DNA of 64,000 nt, from NCBI RefSeq assembly GCF_964204645.1, contig NC_134028.1, positions 19,599,653 through 19,663,652 of the forward strand, in the 5' to 3' direction. The notes beneath the pieces were generated by a model. The model saw only the letters and a list, made by a program, of their open reading frames with translations. It had not been told where the DNA came from and ran no database searches. Position 1 is the stretch's first letter. Each line of letters opens with the position of its first letter. Shown piece by piece: positions 23,201-34,725 of this stretch. The stretch comes from Tubulanus polymorphus. Lineage: Eukaryota; Animalia; Nemertea. The translations under genes were made by a program, and so were the position numbers.

Positions 23201-26200
23201 ATAAAAGTATTTTTGATTTAAATTTGAATTGTCTTAGAACATCCTCGCTTGCCCGGGTTTTATTGCCTCCTGCTGAAGCTCACGCCTAAACAAAGCCTGG
23301 GCGCAAACCCTTCATTAGTCTATTATTACACTTCCCAAGATTGCTTTAGTGGACAGTTCGCCGCTGAGCAGCCACCAGTCTATGTATTAAGCCTATTACA
23401 TCAGATGCGTTGTTTTTCGCTGGCAGGTTCGCTCAATCAATACTAAACATCCGATTCACTAGATATAGGCTATAGTGGCAACCTGTCCGCCCAGCAAATC
23501 TTAGACCGGAGTAATACAGCAATAAGGTCTGCGGCAGGGTTTATGTTGGTGTGAGCTTCAGCAGGAGGGGATTAAACCCCTGCAAGCGAGCGTGCTTTAA
23601 TTTAGGGTACAGTTCTCAAGGTAGTGAAAAAATTTAACAATGACAGCATAATTTGGCTATCGTATTTGAATCTACGTGTGTTTTATCAGTCTAATTTGAG
23701 TGAGAACTACCGGGTGGGGTAGGCGTTCAAAAACAGTTAAGGCTGTTGGGAATCGACAGATTCAGAATGGCATCTCCGTGAAATAACCAATCCGAGCTAA
23801 TAGCGTTAACTATGCAGGAGGGAAGAAGGCCAATGAATGACAAGTCGGTCCAGCGAGTCACGAAATAGAAACTTCATTTCAATTCAATGAACTTGACGTC
23901 CAATAACTATCATAACAAGAAAATTAATTTTAGAAAATTATTTGACGCCTGCGAAAAAAATGTATAATTTCTGGGCTTAGCTAATGTGGAATTGCAAATT
24001 TGAAATCGAAGTTTTAAGAAATTTGGGGAATGATGAGATTTGGCGATTGGGTAGATGATACAGCGGGTCTTCGACTCTAGTAGTGGTTTAAATTGTTTTA
24101 TTGAAAATTCTCAATAATTGATCGCGAACTTGCGACCGACTTCATTTACTTATGCCTCTAAGCTGGTCTGCAACTTCATTGCCTCCATGGTTGAAGAACG
24201 AGCTCTTCTGATGTCTGCTTCATCATGACTTCGAGCATATCGTGTGGCCTAGCCAGCCGGCCCGGGCCACGGGTTTGGCTGTCACTCGATATCCTAGAGT
24301 CTTGAGTCTGGGTGGGTTGAAGTAGACATTGTCATTTAAAATAACATGCTTATGTTGTTCTGTTGAATTTGGGAATTTTATCCCGAAATTTCAATGTAAT
24401 AAGGATCAATAAAGAATTGAATTGAATTGTCACCTAATACACATGCCATCAGAGGACGCGGAGCCGTATATGATAGCTATGCTATTATAAATTGCTAATC
24501 TCACGAAACCTGCATACTCCTAATATCAAACATATTTTCTAAAACGTTTGAATTTTGAAATTATATGTTTACACATTTTCATATTGACCGCTTGTAGCCG
24601 CTGATGAAATTCACGCCGGCCCTACACACATCGTAGATAGCTTCGTCATTCCACCGGTATGCCCACGTCAGGGTCTGACTTTTATATCAGACTTCCAAAT
24701 CGTGTATATACCGCCATTTAACCGAATAATCCGATTTACTTATCATTTCTATTTATGCCTGCCGCTTCTGATATAATCATACATCCTTTACTATTACAAT
24801 ACGTCTTCTAATGATATTCAATGCAATATAACATTTCGACGTTCAAATACCAGTCTATGTATTAAGCCTATTACATCAGATGCGTTGTTTTTCGCTGGCA
24901 GGTTCGCTCAATCAATACTAAACATCCGATTCACTAGATATAGGCTATAGTGGCAACCTGTCCGCCCAGCAAATCTTAGACCGGAGTAATACAGCAATAA
25001 GGTCTGCGGCAGGGTTTATGTTGGTGTGAGCTTCAGCAGGAGGGGATTAAACCCCTGCAAGCGAGCGTGCTTTAATTTAGGGTACAGTTCTCAAGGTAGT
25101 GAAAAAATTTAACAATGACAGCATAATTTGGCTATCGTATTTGAATCTACGTGTGTTTTATCAGTCTAATTTGAGTGAGAACTACCGGGTGGGGTAGGCG
25201 TTCAAAAACAGTTAAGGCTGTTGGGAATCGACAGATTCAGAATGGCATCTCCGTGAAATGACCAATCCGAGCTAATAGCGTTAACTATGCAGGAGGGAAG
25301 AAGGCCAATGAATGACAAGTCGGTCCAGCGAGTCACGAAATAGAAACTTCATTTCAATTCAATGAACTTGACGTCCAATAACTATCATAACAAGAAAATT
25401 AATTTTAGAAAATTATTTGACGCCTGCGAAAAAAATGTATAATTTCTGGGCTTAGCTAATGTGGAATTGCAAATTTGAAATCGAAGTTTTAAGAAATTTG
25501 GGGAATGATGAGATTTGGCGATTGGGTAGATGATACAGCGGGTCTTCGACTCTAGTAGTGGTTTAAATTGTTTTATTGAAAATTCTCAATAATTGATCGC
25601 GAACTTGCGACCGACTTCATTTACTTATGCCTCTAAGCTGGTCTGCAACTTCATTGCCTCCATGGTTGAAGAACGAGCTCTTCTGATGTCTGCTTCATCA
25701 TGACTTCGAGCATATCGTGTGGCCTAGCCAGCCGGCCCGGGCCACGGGTTTGGCTGTCACTCGATATCCTAGAGTCTTGAGTCTGGGTGGGTTGAAGTAG
25801 ACATTGTCATTTAAAATAACATGCTTATGTTGTTCTGTTGAATTTGGGAATTTTATCCCGAAATTTCAATGTAATAAGGATCAATAAAGAATTGAATTGA
25901 ATTGTCACCTAATACACATGCCATCAGAGGACGCGGAGCCGTATATGATAGCTATGCTATTATAAATTGCTAATCTCACGAAACCTGCATACTCCTAATA
26001 TCAAACATATTTTCTAAAACGTTTGAATTTTGAAATTATATGTTTACACATTTTCATATTGACCGCTTGTAGCCGCTGATGAAATTCACGCCGGCCCTAC
26101 ACACATCGTAGATAGCTTCGTCATTCCACCGGTATGCCCACGTCAGGGTCTGACTTTTATATCAGACTTCCAAATCGTGTATATACCGCCATTTAACCGA

Positions 26201-27183
26201 ATAATCCGATTTACTTATCATTTCTATTTATGCCTGCCGCTTCTGATATAATCATACATCCTTTACTATTACAATACGTCTTCTAATGATATTCAATGCA
26301 ATATAACATTTCGACGTTCAAATATAGGTCATTATATAATCACAGGAAGCCATTCTACATCTATGTCAATAATATTTTGCCAGATAGCTTGTTTGTGTAC
26401 ACATAGACCTGTGACGTTTTGCACATCGATTTACGGCTGTCGTTTGTAAAATGACGCTGAATGATTAACATTGTTTAGGTTTCATAATGGTAACGTTTTA
26501 TAAGGCGTCAAAAAACTAAATCACGAAGGGTACCATCACTTACTATCACTGCTGCGCTGCAATCAGTCTTTATCGGTGCAGTGGGTAGGTAAGGTAACGC
26601 GACGCCGACATTTTCTGACGCTAATCAGTAAGGCCGCAAATGCGGCACATAAGCGGACCATCTACGGTCTAATGGACCGGACCAATTCAATTCAATATAA
26701 AAATGCGTACAACAAATAGATAAAACCTATTGAATATTTGTAATATCAATATCCGCGAACAGGACAACGAACTGAAGCTATTTGAAATGCATGTATCTAG
26801 GGTTTTTCACAGTCGCGTGAATACGTACTACACTGGCATTCCGTATTTAGTTCGAATACGTTTTTTCGTGAATCAATTGCTAGTCCAGATACGTTTTCTT
26901 CTCGGCTGTGTGTGTCGATCGCCTATAGTGGATTGCCACCGGTGTTGCCTGACAGTAAGCAATTTTAAGTTTAAAATATGATGTACAGTATATACATAGA
27001 ATCCACGCAGATTCGGAGCGTGATATTTCTATCAGAATTCAACATTCCGTTTAGTAGCTGTTAGTTGTCGAATGCGAGAGAAGATGAATTTAATGTGATG
27101 AGAAAAAAGTGGAAAATATGAAAATGATAATGATAATCAACAGAATTACAAGAGAGTTTTCGACCAAAGTCAGAAAACCCTAA
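20203..27183 (+). mobile_element. Cluster of nested/tandem HINE-like (Helentron-type) elements
   Basis: 5' ends ATATAGCTG(C/T)AAAGC at 20203 and 21147 and a variant at 27184. 3' stem-loop end ...GTTTTCGACCAAAGTCAGAAAACCCTAA at 27183. Three ~165-bp internal tandem units at ~21925-22350. Which ends pair with which is uncertain. Confidence 0.5.
23374..26323 (+). repeat. Near-identical head-to-tail duplication of a 1475-bp unit (23374-24848, 24849-26323)
   Basis: Both units start ACCAGTCTATGTATTAAGCC and end TTTCGACGTTCAAAT. Only one substitution was noticed (GAAATAACC vs GAAATGACC). Confidence 0.95.
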
Positions 27184-27323
27184 ATATAACTGCAAAGCAA
27201 TGAAAACGGATTTTCAGAGCTGCAACTGCATACGTACTATCGTAGAACATTGGCTGGACATTGTTTTGTTACACGATCGTATGGAGAGACACCAAATTGA
27301 ATCCGTTGGATAACACGGGCTTA

Positions 27324-27937
27324 GGCCACACCAAAAGAAAACCCTGTTTCTCGGGACCGACCGACCCGATATTTCCCCATTTCAAATAATCATTTACAGA
27401 ATAAAATTTAATCGCCTACCGACCATTTTTCAAATTTTTGGGTGAAATAACTTTTTTCAAAAATATATATGTGGCCGACCGACTACCAAACTCTCCTTTC
27501 TCGTAGAATTTTTTCAAATATCAAATCGTGATGTCGGCACTGAAATCAACATCATAAAAACATTTTATCACATCGGATCTAAAATTTTATTCTGGAAATG
27601 GCGCAGCCATGCTCAGATAACTTTGCTAATCGGACTTTGATGGCGACCTTGGATTGTAAAATTCCAGGAATTCCGTGAAATATGTTCAAAATATAGTTTT
27701 TTTATAGTTAATTGTACAAACACCTCAATTTCCTTTTATTAGTGTGGTGTACTAGCTGTTAATCATATTCCTGACTAAAAATTTAGACCAGTAAAAATTA
27801 TTTACGGCAACCTACCCACTGACAGAGGAATAAACGATATTTTTTTTTCTATAAAAAGAAAAAAGACATGTCCTACCTACCTACCCATTTTGGTGATTGC
27901 CCCGCCCGAGAAACAGGATTTTTTTTTTGGTGTGGCC
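27324..27937. mobile_element. MITE (Harbinger/PIF-like)
   Basis: TIRs GGCCACACCAAAA..CCTGTTTCTCGGG / CCCGAGAAACAGG..TTTTGGTGTGGCC. Flanks TTA and TAA. Confidence 0.75.
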
Positions 27938-28552
27938 TAAATTTGTGACACTGCAAAAATGATAGAAACAGGAAATACTTGCTAATTCTAGATATTATCA
28001 GAAATTCAATTCAGTCAAATTATATCCTAGATAATTGAGTTAAAGGCTTTTTTGCATTGTAAATACAAAAATTCATGTTTGATACTATGTCAAAAAATAG
28101 CATGTCTACTGTCGACTAATAATTTTCATATTTGTATATCATATATATTTCATTTTGTATTCTACATAAGTAATAATGTTTAAAGTCATTATGGAGCAAT
28201 AAAGGTATTTTGAATGTAAATTTGAATTGTCTTGGATCATCCTCGCTTGCCTGGGTTTGATTGCCCCCTGCCGAAGCTCACGCCTAAAGAAAGCATGGCC
28301 ACATACCATTCGTTGAGTAAGGTTGGGTTGGAGATCAAATGTCCTCCCTTACACTCCTATTTTTCGGCTCCAAGACAGTATTTGTTGAATACTGATGGTG
28401 CATGCGCGAGGCATATCTCATTTTATCTCCAACCCATAACCTCACTCTATAGAATTCCAGTGAAACTTCACCTTTCAGGTAAGGCTCGTTTAACTTTCAA
28501 ATTCTACTGGCGTAGATAACCAAAAATTCCGCAATTTTACTATCCGTACAGT

Positions 28553-29245
28553 AGTAATAGGGATAATAGGCTTTCAGATCAAACGTCGAAGGGTCGAGCT
28601 CGTAAAAAAATGAAAATAACAATAATTTACAGTTGAATTAGTCGCGCACACTCCTAATTCAACTGTAAATTATTGTTATTTTCATTTTTTACTCGCCCCT
28701 TCAACCTTTAACCTGAAAGCCTATTATCCCTATTACTCTTAAAATAATCATATATATGAATAACATTTGAATTGATAGATTATTCAATATAAAAGTGTGA
28801 GCTCTTATAGAATAGATATATAGATATATTTACAACATTATTTCAATATTCATATTTGTATGAGTTAGATTTTTTAAACATTAAAAGTGTTAGTAAAGTG
28901 TGATTGAAATAATACATGATATAAATCATTGAACTTCTAAAAATCAATTTAAAAAAAAAATTTGATATTAAAATGGAAGCAAATAAGTTCTACTGCCCAA
29001 CATGTAATATCAATATAGATAAATCCCAAAAATCAAGACACAATAAAACTAAAACACATTTAGAGAATAAATTGAAATTAGAATATAAAGATGATATATT
29101 AGAAACTAAATTAGATGAAATAAAGAATGAAAAAGAAACATACAAATGTGATACATGTAATCAATCATTCAGTGATGAAATATATTATAAAGAACATTTA
29201 AAATCTAAAAGTCATTAGGTGTCATTAGAATTAAGAATAATGATA
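28553..29245 (+). repeat. Left TIR of copy B (185-bp terminal palindrome 28553-28737, promoter, first ~88 codons of zinc-finger ORF)
   Basis: Reverse complement of ~48843-49531. Hairpin stems 28553-28577/28713-28737 (25 bp) and 28605-28641/28654-28690 (37 bp); loop TCGCGCACACTC. Confidence 0.93.
28940..28975 (+). promoter_or_regulatory. Class I upstream motif AAATCAATTT-(A/T-rich)-AAAAAATTTGATATTAAAATG (putative early promoter)
   Basis: Also precedes the ATGs at 49107, 5096 and 4244 (the last outside the TIR), and in degenerate form 45041. Confidence 0.55.
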
Positions 29246-30402
29246 ACTCATTTTCATTATTTAACATTACAAATTATATCTCAGCAACAAATTTAGTGTA
29301 TGGAAGACATTATAAAACAGATAATATTTCTATAATCAATCAAATATTATCAAATGAAGCATATTTAATTATTGAACTGATAGATAATGGAATCAAAAAT
29401 CCCAACATATTTAATACAGTTTTAAATCATAAAGGAACTTTAGATGAAAAAATTATAAATATTCTTGAAACTCCTTTCAATGAAAGAAATGATGATTTAA
29501 TACTTTCTAGAGGTTACAATAATTTGATTAACTTAAGAATTGAAAAAAGACAATTATATTATTTAAATTTTGATGATAAACCAATTATCTATAATGAAAA
29601 TTCATCAAATATTGGTATTCAATGTGAATTAGATAATGAAAAATCATATAAAGATGTTGGAATTCAATGTAATTTAGATAATGAAATTGTTGCGCCTAAA
29701 TATAATAAATCATTAACAGAATTTCAAAAAAATAAAACTAAAAAAGATGGCAAACAAACATATTGCAAAAGGTGTACTAAACTATACAATAACAAATTTC
29801 TTGAAAATAATCCAAATTATTCAACACAATATTATATGGATAATATTGAAAAATTCAAAGTTAGAAATAAACAATGAAGAGAAAATCACTCAGATTATAT
29901 AACAGAATATATGAGAGAATGGAGGGAGAATAATAGAGAATATTATAAAGCGTATCAAAATAATTATAAGAAAGAAAGATATCAAACAGATTTTAATTAC
30001 AAATTGAAAAAATGTTTAAGATCTAAAGTATCAAAATTATTCAGTAAAGAAAACCACTCAGTTACACTAGCACATTTATTGGATTGTTCAGATAATTTTT
30101 TTAAATCATGGATAATATATCAATTCGATGATAAAATGAATATAAATAATTATGGCAATTATTTTCATATTGATCATGTGTTGCCTATTTCTAAATTTGA
30201 CATGAATGATGAATATGATAAAAAGTTAATTTGGAATTGGAAAAACCTAAGACCTCTTGAAAAGAAGGAAAATATGATTAAACATGACAAACTAGATTTA
30301 CAGTTATATTTAGAACAGTTAACAAAAGTAAAGAAATTCATTGAATTATGGAACAATAATCCAAATAATGAACAATATGTTGAATCTTTATTGAGTGGTT
30401 AA
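28973..30402 (+). pseudogene. Zinc-finger protein fused in frame to HNH endonuclease (copy B)
   Basis: ORFs 28973..29218, 29296..29877 and 29911..30402 are separated by a small insertion/stop and one nonsense codon. Contains FHIDHVLP..NLRPLEKKENMIK. The fusion at PKYN|KSLTEF arises by deletion relative to copy A. Confidence 0.8.
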
Positions 30403-30659
30403 AGATTAATATATCTCAAATAAAATATATTAAAAAAACAATAACTTCAACTAGCCATTATTTCTATTTTAATTCTTAATATTTTCTTTTACAATTCTTT
30501 TCAAAAGAGAATACTTTGTATCACAAATAAAAAATACTAAAAAAACAATAACTAATACTAGAATTCTTTAACTTTAACTATCTAGTATTAATCTAAAGAG
30601 ATACTGGTATCATTTTATAATACTTATAATATTTTTCTTATTAGATTTCTCTAATATAA

Positions 30660-31156
30660 ATGTCAAAGAAATCGAGTAAGAATAGTATTGATATTGAAAA
30701 GACATTAGATGATTTGGGTATTAGTGATAATAAGGATATTCCAACCAAAATTGAAAATAATATTCGAGTTAATTGTAATATAGATTATGAATACTATTTA
30801 TATTGTAAACACCATCCAGAATTATTAATTGCTGGCGGGAAATGTAATCATTTTATCGGGAAAATAATTACTTTTCAAGAATTAGATGCTATGAAACTGA
30901 TATAAATGAATCACAGACTTTATCTGATATTGATTCAAATAATAATCCATCTGATTCTTCTAATGCTGGAAGTAATTATAAATTATATATTACAATTGGA
31001 TTAGTAACAGTTATTATATTATCCGGTGTAATATATAAATCAAAATTCAAATCTGATGATAAAGATGATTCCAATGACAATAAACCTATCATACCAGAAA
31101 AGAAATCAAATCATAAAGTCATTGAAACTAAATCTAAATTATTATTAATGGATTAA
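30660..31156 (+). pseudogene. MSKKSS hypothetical protein with internal deletion, followed by a remnant carrying one transmembrane segment
   Basis: Matches 1924..2442 up to ELDAMK and then diverges. Downstream frame reads ...YKLYITIGLVTVIILSGVIYK...LLLMD*. Confidence 0.6.
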
Positions 31157-31162
31157 AATAAG

Positions 31163-32248
31163 ATGAAAAAAGAACAATATTTAAGAGATTTAAATTATAA
31201 CCCAGAAAGTGAAGTATCATATTCTAAAGTTACAGAATTATGGGGTAAAATTAAATCTGATAATGAAAATATAAAATATAGTGAATTGAAATCATGGTTA
31301 CAAAATCAACCAACATATCGAATTCATAAGAAAATGGATAAAACCTATTTAACAAGAAAAATTATGGTTTCATATATCGATCAACAATGGCAAGCAGATT
31401 TAATTGACATGAAGAACTTAGAGGAATACAACAAAGGATATTTCTGGATATTAAATGTTATAGATATATTCAGTAGATACGCATGGTCAATTCCAATCAA
31501 AAATAAAACTGGAATAGAAGTGACAAATGCTTTTAAATCTATATTTAAAGAAGCTATTCCAGATAAGATACAATTTGATGAAGGTAAGGAATTTTATAAC
31601 AAACATTTCAAAAAACTATTATCTGATAACGATGTAGATTATTTTTCAACACATTCAGATAAAAAAGCATCTATTTTAGAAAGATTTAATAAAACATTGA
31701 AAACTAGAATGTGGAAATATTTTACTGCAAATGAAACATATAAATATATCGATGTGTTAGATGATTTGGTGAAAGGTTATAATAATTCTAAACATAGTTC
31801 TATAAATATGAAACCTATACAAGCTAGAAAAGAAGATAATTCAGAAATAGTTTGGAATAATTTATATGGAGCATTTGTTACACATGATTTCGGTGAACCT
31901 AAATTTAAAATTGGACAACACGTAAGAATATCTAAATATAGAAAAACATTTTATAAAGGTTATACCCCTAATTTTACAGAAGAAATATTTAAGATTAAAA
32001 AGATAATATTAACTAAACCGTTTGTTCATAAACTAGAAGATCTAAAGCATGAAGAAATATTAGGTTATTTCTATGAACAAGAATTATCACTTGTACCAAA
32101 TCCAGATGAAATAGAATACAAAATACAAAAAGTATTGAAAACAAAAACTCTTAAAGTAAAAAAGTATTCTTTGGTGAAATATAAAGGATACGATGATAAA
32201 TTTAATGAATGGATTTTATCTAGTAAAATTAAAAGAATAAATGAATAA
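31163..32248 (+). CDS. int: Retroviral-like (rve) DDE integrase with C-terminal chromodomain
   Basis: Intact 361-aa ORF with WQADLIDM (D), IQFDEGKEF (D), ASILERFNKTLK (E) and chromodomain YKIQKVL...SLVKYKGYDDKFNEWI. Confidence 0.95.
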   Translation: MKKEQYLRDLNYNPESEVSYSKVTELWGKIKSDNENIKYSELKSWLQNQPTYRIHKKMDKTYLTRKIMVSYIDQQWQADLIDMKNLEEYNKGYFWILNVIDIFSRYAWSIPIKNKTGIEVTNAFKSIFKEAIPDKIQFDEGKEFYNKHFKKLLSDNDVDYFSTHSDKKASILERFNKTLKTRMWKYFTANETYKYIDVLDDLVKGYNNSKHSSINMKPIQARKEDNSEIVWNNLYGAFVTHDFGEPKFKIGQHVRISKYRKTFYKGYTPNFTEEIFKIKKIILTKPFVHKLEDLKHEEILGYFYEQELSLVPNPDEIEYKIQKVLKTKTLKVKKYSLVKYKGYDDKFNEWILSSKIKRINE

Positions 32249-32847
32249 AGATTTATTTATATTTGAACCGCATAATATGTTAGTTACTGGAGTAACCAAT
32301 TGTAACACATTTCATATTAGACTTGTTAGAATCTGTTTATAAGAATCATTTTGATAATATAATATTATTCTGTCCTACTTATGAAATGAATAAAACATAT
32401 AATAGAGATATAGTTAAGATGAAAAAGTTTATTATATTAGATCCTAAAACAGTAAAAGAAAATTTAGATAATTGTATTAAAATAGCAATTGATACTTATA
32501 AAGGATCAAATACATTATTTATCATAGATGATTGCGCAAATTTACATGATTCAAAAGTGAGAGAAAGTGAGTTATGTTATCTAGCTTTCTCTGGAAGACA
32601 TGTTGGGATAACAACATGGGTTTTAAATCAAAAATATAATTCAATTGTTAAAGACTTTAGGGAGAATATAAGATTTCTAGTTTTATCTTATAACAAAGAT
32701 AAAAAATCTATGCAACAATCATTGGAAGAAAATCAAATTATACCTACTGAGTTGCATGATGAATATATGAATAAATTAAAGAATAATAAAGGTTCAAAAT
32801 TATTACTGAGACTTCAATTTCCCTATGAATATAAATTTATAAAATAA
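32241..32847 (+). pseudogene. A32/FtsK-like genome-packaging ATPase
   Basis: TAAATG start at 32241. Walker A reads MLVTGVTNC[GK]THF, with GK lost through a small frameshifting deletion near 32303. Walker B LFIIDD and SGRH motif present. Confidence 0.88.
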
Positions 32848-32849
32848 CT

Positions 32850-33244
32850 ATTTATATATCTATGTATCAGATACCCTAATACCCTAATACCTGATACCCT
32901 ATTAGATACCCTAATACCTAATACCCTATTAGATACCTTAAATACTTAAAACCCCCTTTTTTAAAATAAATATTTTTTGTACAATTTTCAACCAATTTAT
33001 TTTTATTTTTTCAACTAATATATGAATAAGTTTGAAAATAATAAAGGTTATTTATTATTACTGAGGTTTCAATTTCCATATGAATATCAGTTTATAAAAT
33101 AAGATATTTTATGTATTAGATTGTATTAGATTGTATTAGATATGTATTAGATACCTTAAATACTTAAAACCCCCTTTTTTATTTACTATTATTTTATACA
33201 ATTTTCAACCTTTATTATTATTTGAGTTAAATATAATTAATATC
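32850..33244. repeat. Intergenic repeat region between convergent genes (CCCTAATAC/GGGTAT units; duplicate of the ATPase 3' end at ~33067-33102)
   Basis: Short repeats and the duplicated 36-bp stop-codon region are visible here and in copy A (1440-1660). Confidence 0.7.
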
Positions 33245-33750
33245 TTAATCACTTTCACTATCAGACCCTAACAATTTATTCAATTTCTCTACCGAATCTT
33301 CTTCTAATTCTTCATTATTTTTATACTTATTCTTCACCCTTTTTACCGCATCATCAATAGTTGTTTCATTGTTATGCTTATTCATCCAATCAAATTTATC
33401 ATTATTTTCTACTTTATGTTTCATAGAATCTTTAATATCAATATGCTTATCTGTAACTATATCACCATGTGGGTGCCATACGGCACCATCTTCATTATTA
33501 TCTTTATTAGTGTTTGCTCCTAATATTTCATTAGCATCGGTTAAATCTAATTCATCTTTATTAGGCGTTGCTAATAATAAATCTTTATATAATTCTTTAC
33601 CATTTACTTTTTTATTTGAAACAAATTTTGTAACATATCTAAATGGGTGTTCTATAAATTCTCTTAAACCAACACGTTCTATAACATTATTTATATGTAC
33701 CTTTGTATTCATATGTTTATTCCAATTTGATGGAGCGTTTGAAAATTTGC
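33245..33750 (-). pseudogene. C-terminal part of the hypothetical protein homologous to 411..1376
   Basis: FSNAPSNWNKHMNTKVH... is near-identical to copy A. The 5' part is deleted and joined to the MCP. Confidence 0.75.
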
Positions 33751-34706
33751 CACTGATCAATCATTCTCATTCCTTGACAAAATATTTTATTTGCTATTCC
33801 TTCGATAGTTATTTCTACTTTTGTTATTTCAGGATTATAATAATTATCAACATTTATTGCGCCATTAGTATATGTTGCAATGGTAAAAAATATTAATATA
33901 CCTTTAATAGATCTTCTTGGGAAGTTAATATTCTCATTAATAATTTCATCATTTGCATTAATAGTTACAGTTTTAAATTTATCAATATAATCATATAATA
34001 ATGAAAATCCTTGATTGTATTTAGTTTGAATTATACTTGAAATATTTTCATCAGTTACTGTATCATATTCTAAACATATATTCTATAATTTATAACTCAT
34101 ATCTTTATTAACGCTAGATATTACAATTTCATTAACAGGAGCAAATGTTATCTCAAATATAACGTCTTCTTGAATTGCGTATTTATATAAAGGTGCATTG
34201 TTATTTATCAATTAAAAGTCTAATGGAATTTTATATTTGCTTCCATATATGCTTTTTATCAATTTATCTATAGCATTAGTTAATATTGCATTATGTGCTT
34301 CTGATCTTAATTTATTTTGGTTTTCTGATTGGATTCCTTGAAATATCATATTATTTCTATTTTCTTTAGTTAACCCTAAATCTTTATAATGCATAAATAA
34401 ATTATAATCATCTAATGAGAAAACTGTTTCTGGACCAATCTTTATTGTTAATTTTTTAATCATATATCTCCTAACATTATCAACAACATAATTATTATTA
34501 TTACCGATTACTTTTATATCGGCTGATAAATAAATACTATTTGGAACATAAAACGTATTTTGTGTTAATCGAGGAATTCTAACATATAAAGTTTCATCAG
34601 GATTAATATTAGAAGGGTTATGAGTAATTATATGATGTGATCTTTCTGCTTTAATAGCATTAGATATTCTATGATTCTTAGAAGGATTGATATAACTCAC
34701 ACTCAT
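33751..34706 (-). pseudogene. Major capsid protein (double jelly roll), with nonsense codons and 3' deletion
   Basis: ITHNPSNINPDETLYVRIPRL...IPLDF*LINNNAPFY...NICLEYDTV...EITIEGIANKIFCQGMRMIDQW, then a deletion junction. The missing C-terminus survives in copy A (1..378). Confidence 0.8.
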
Positions 34707-34725
34707 TTATTTAACAAAAAATTAA

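Noticed and set aside
28553-28737. Terminal palindrome as an independent MITE inserted at the Polinton end
   Set aside because: It occurs at all three termini in the same position, and the 6-bp TSD flanks the outer arms of the whole 21-kb element rather than the palindrome.
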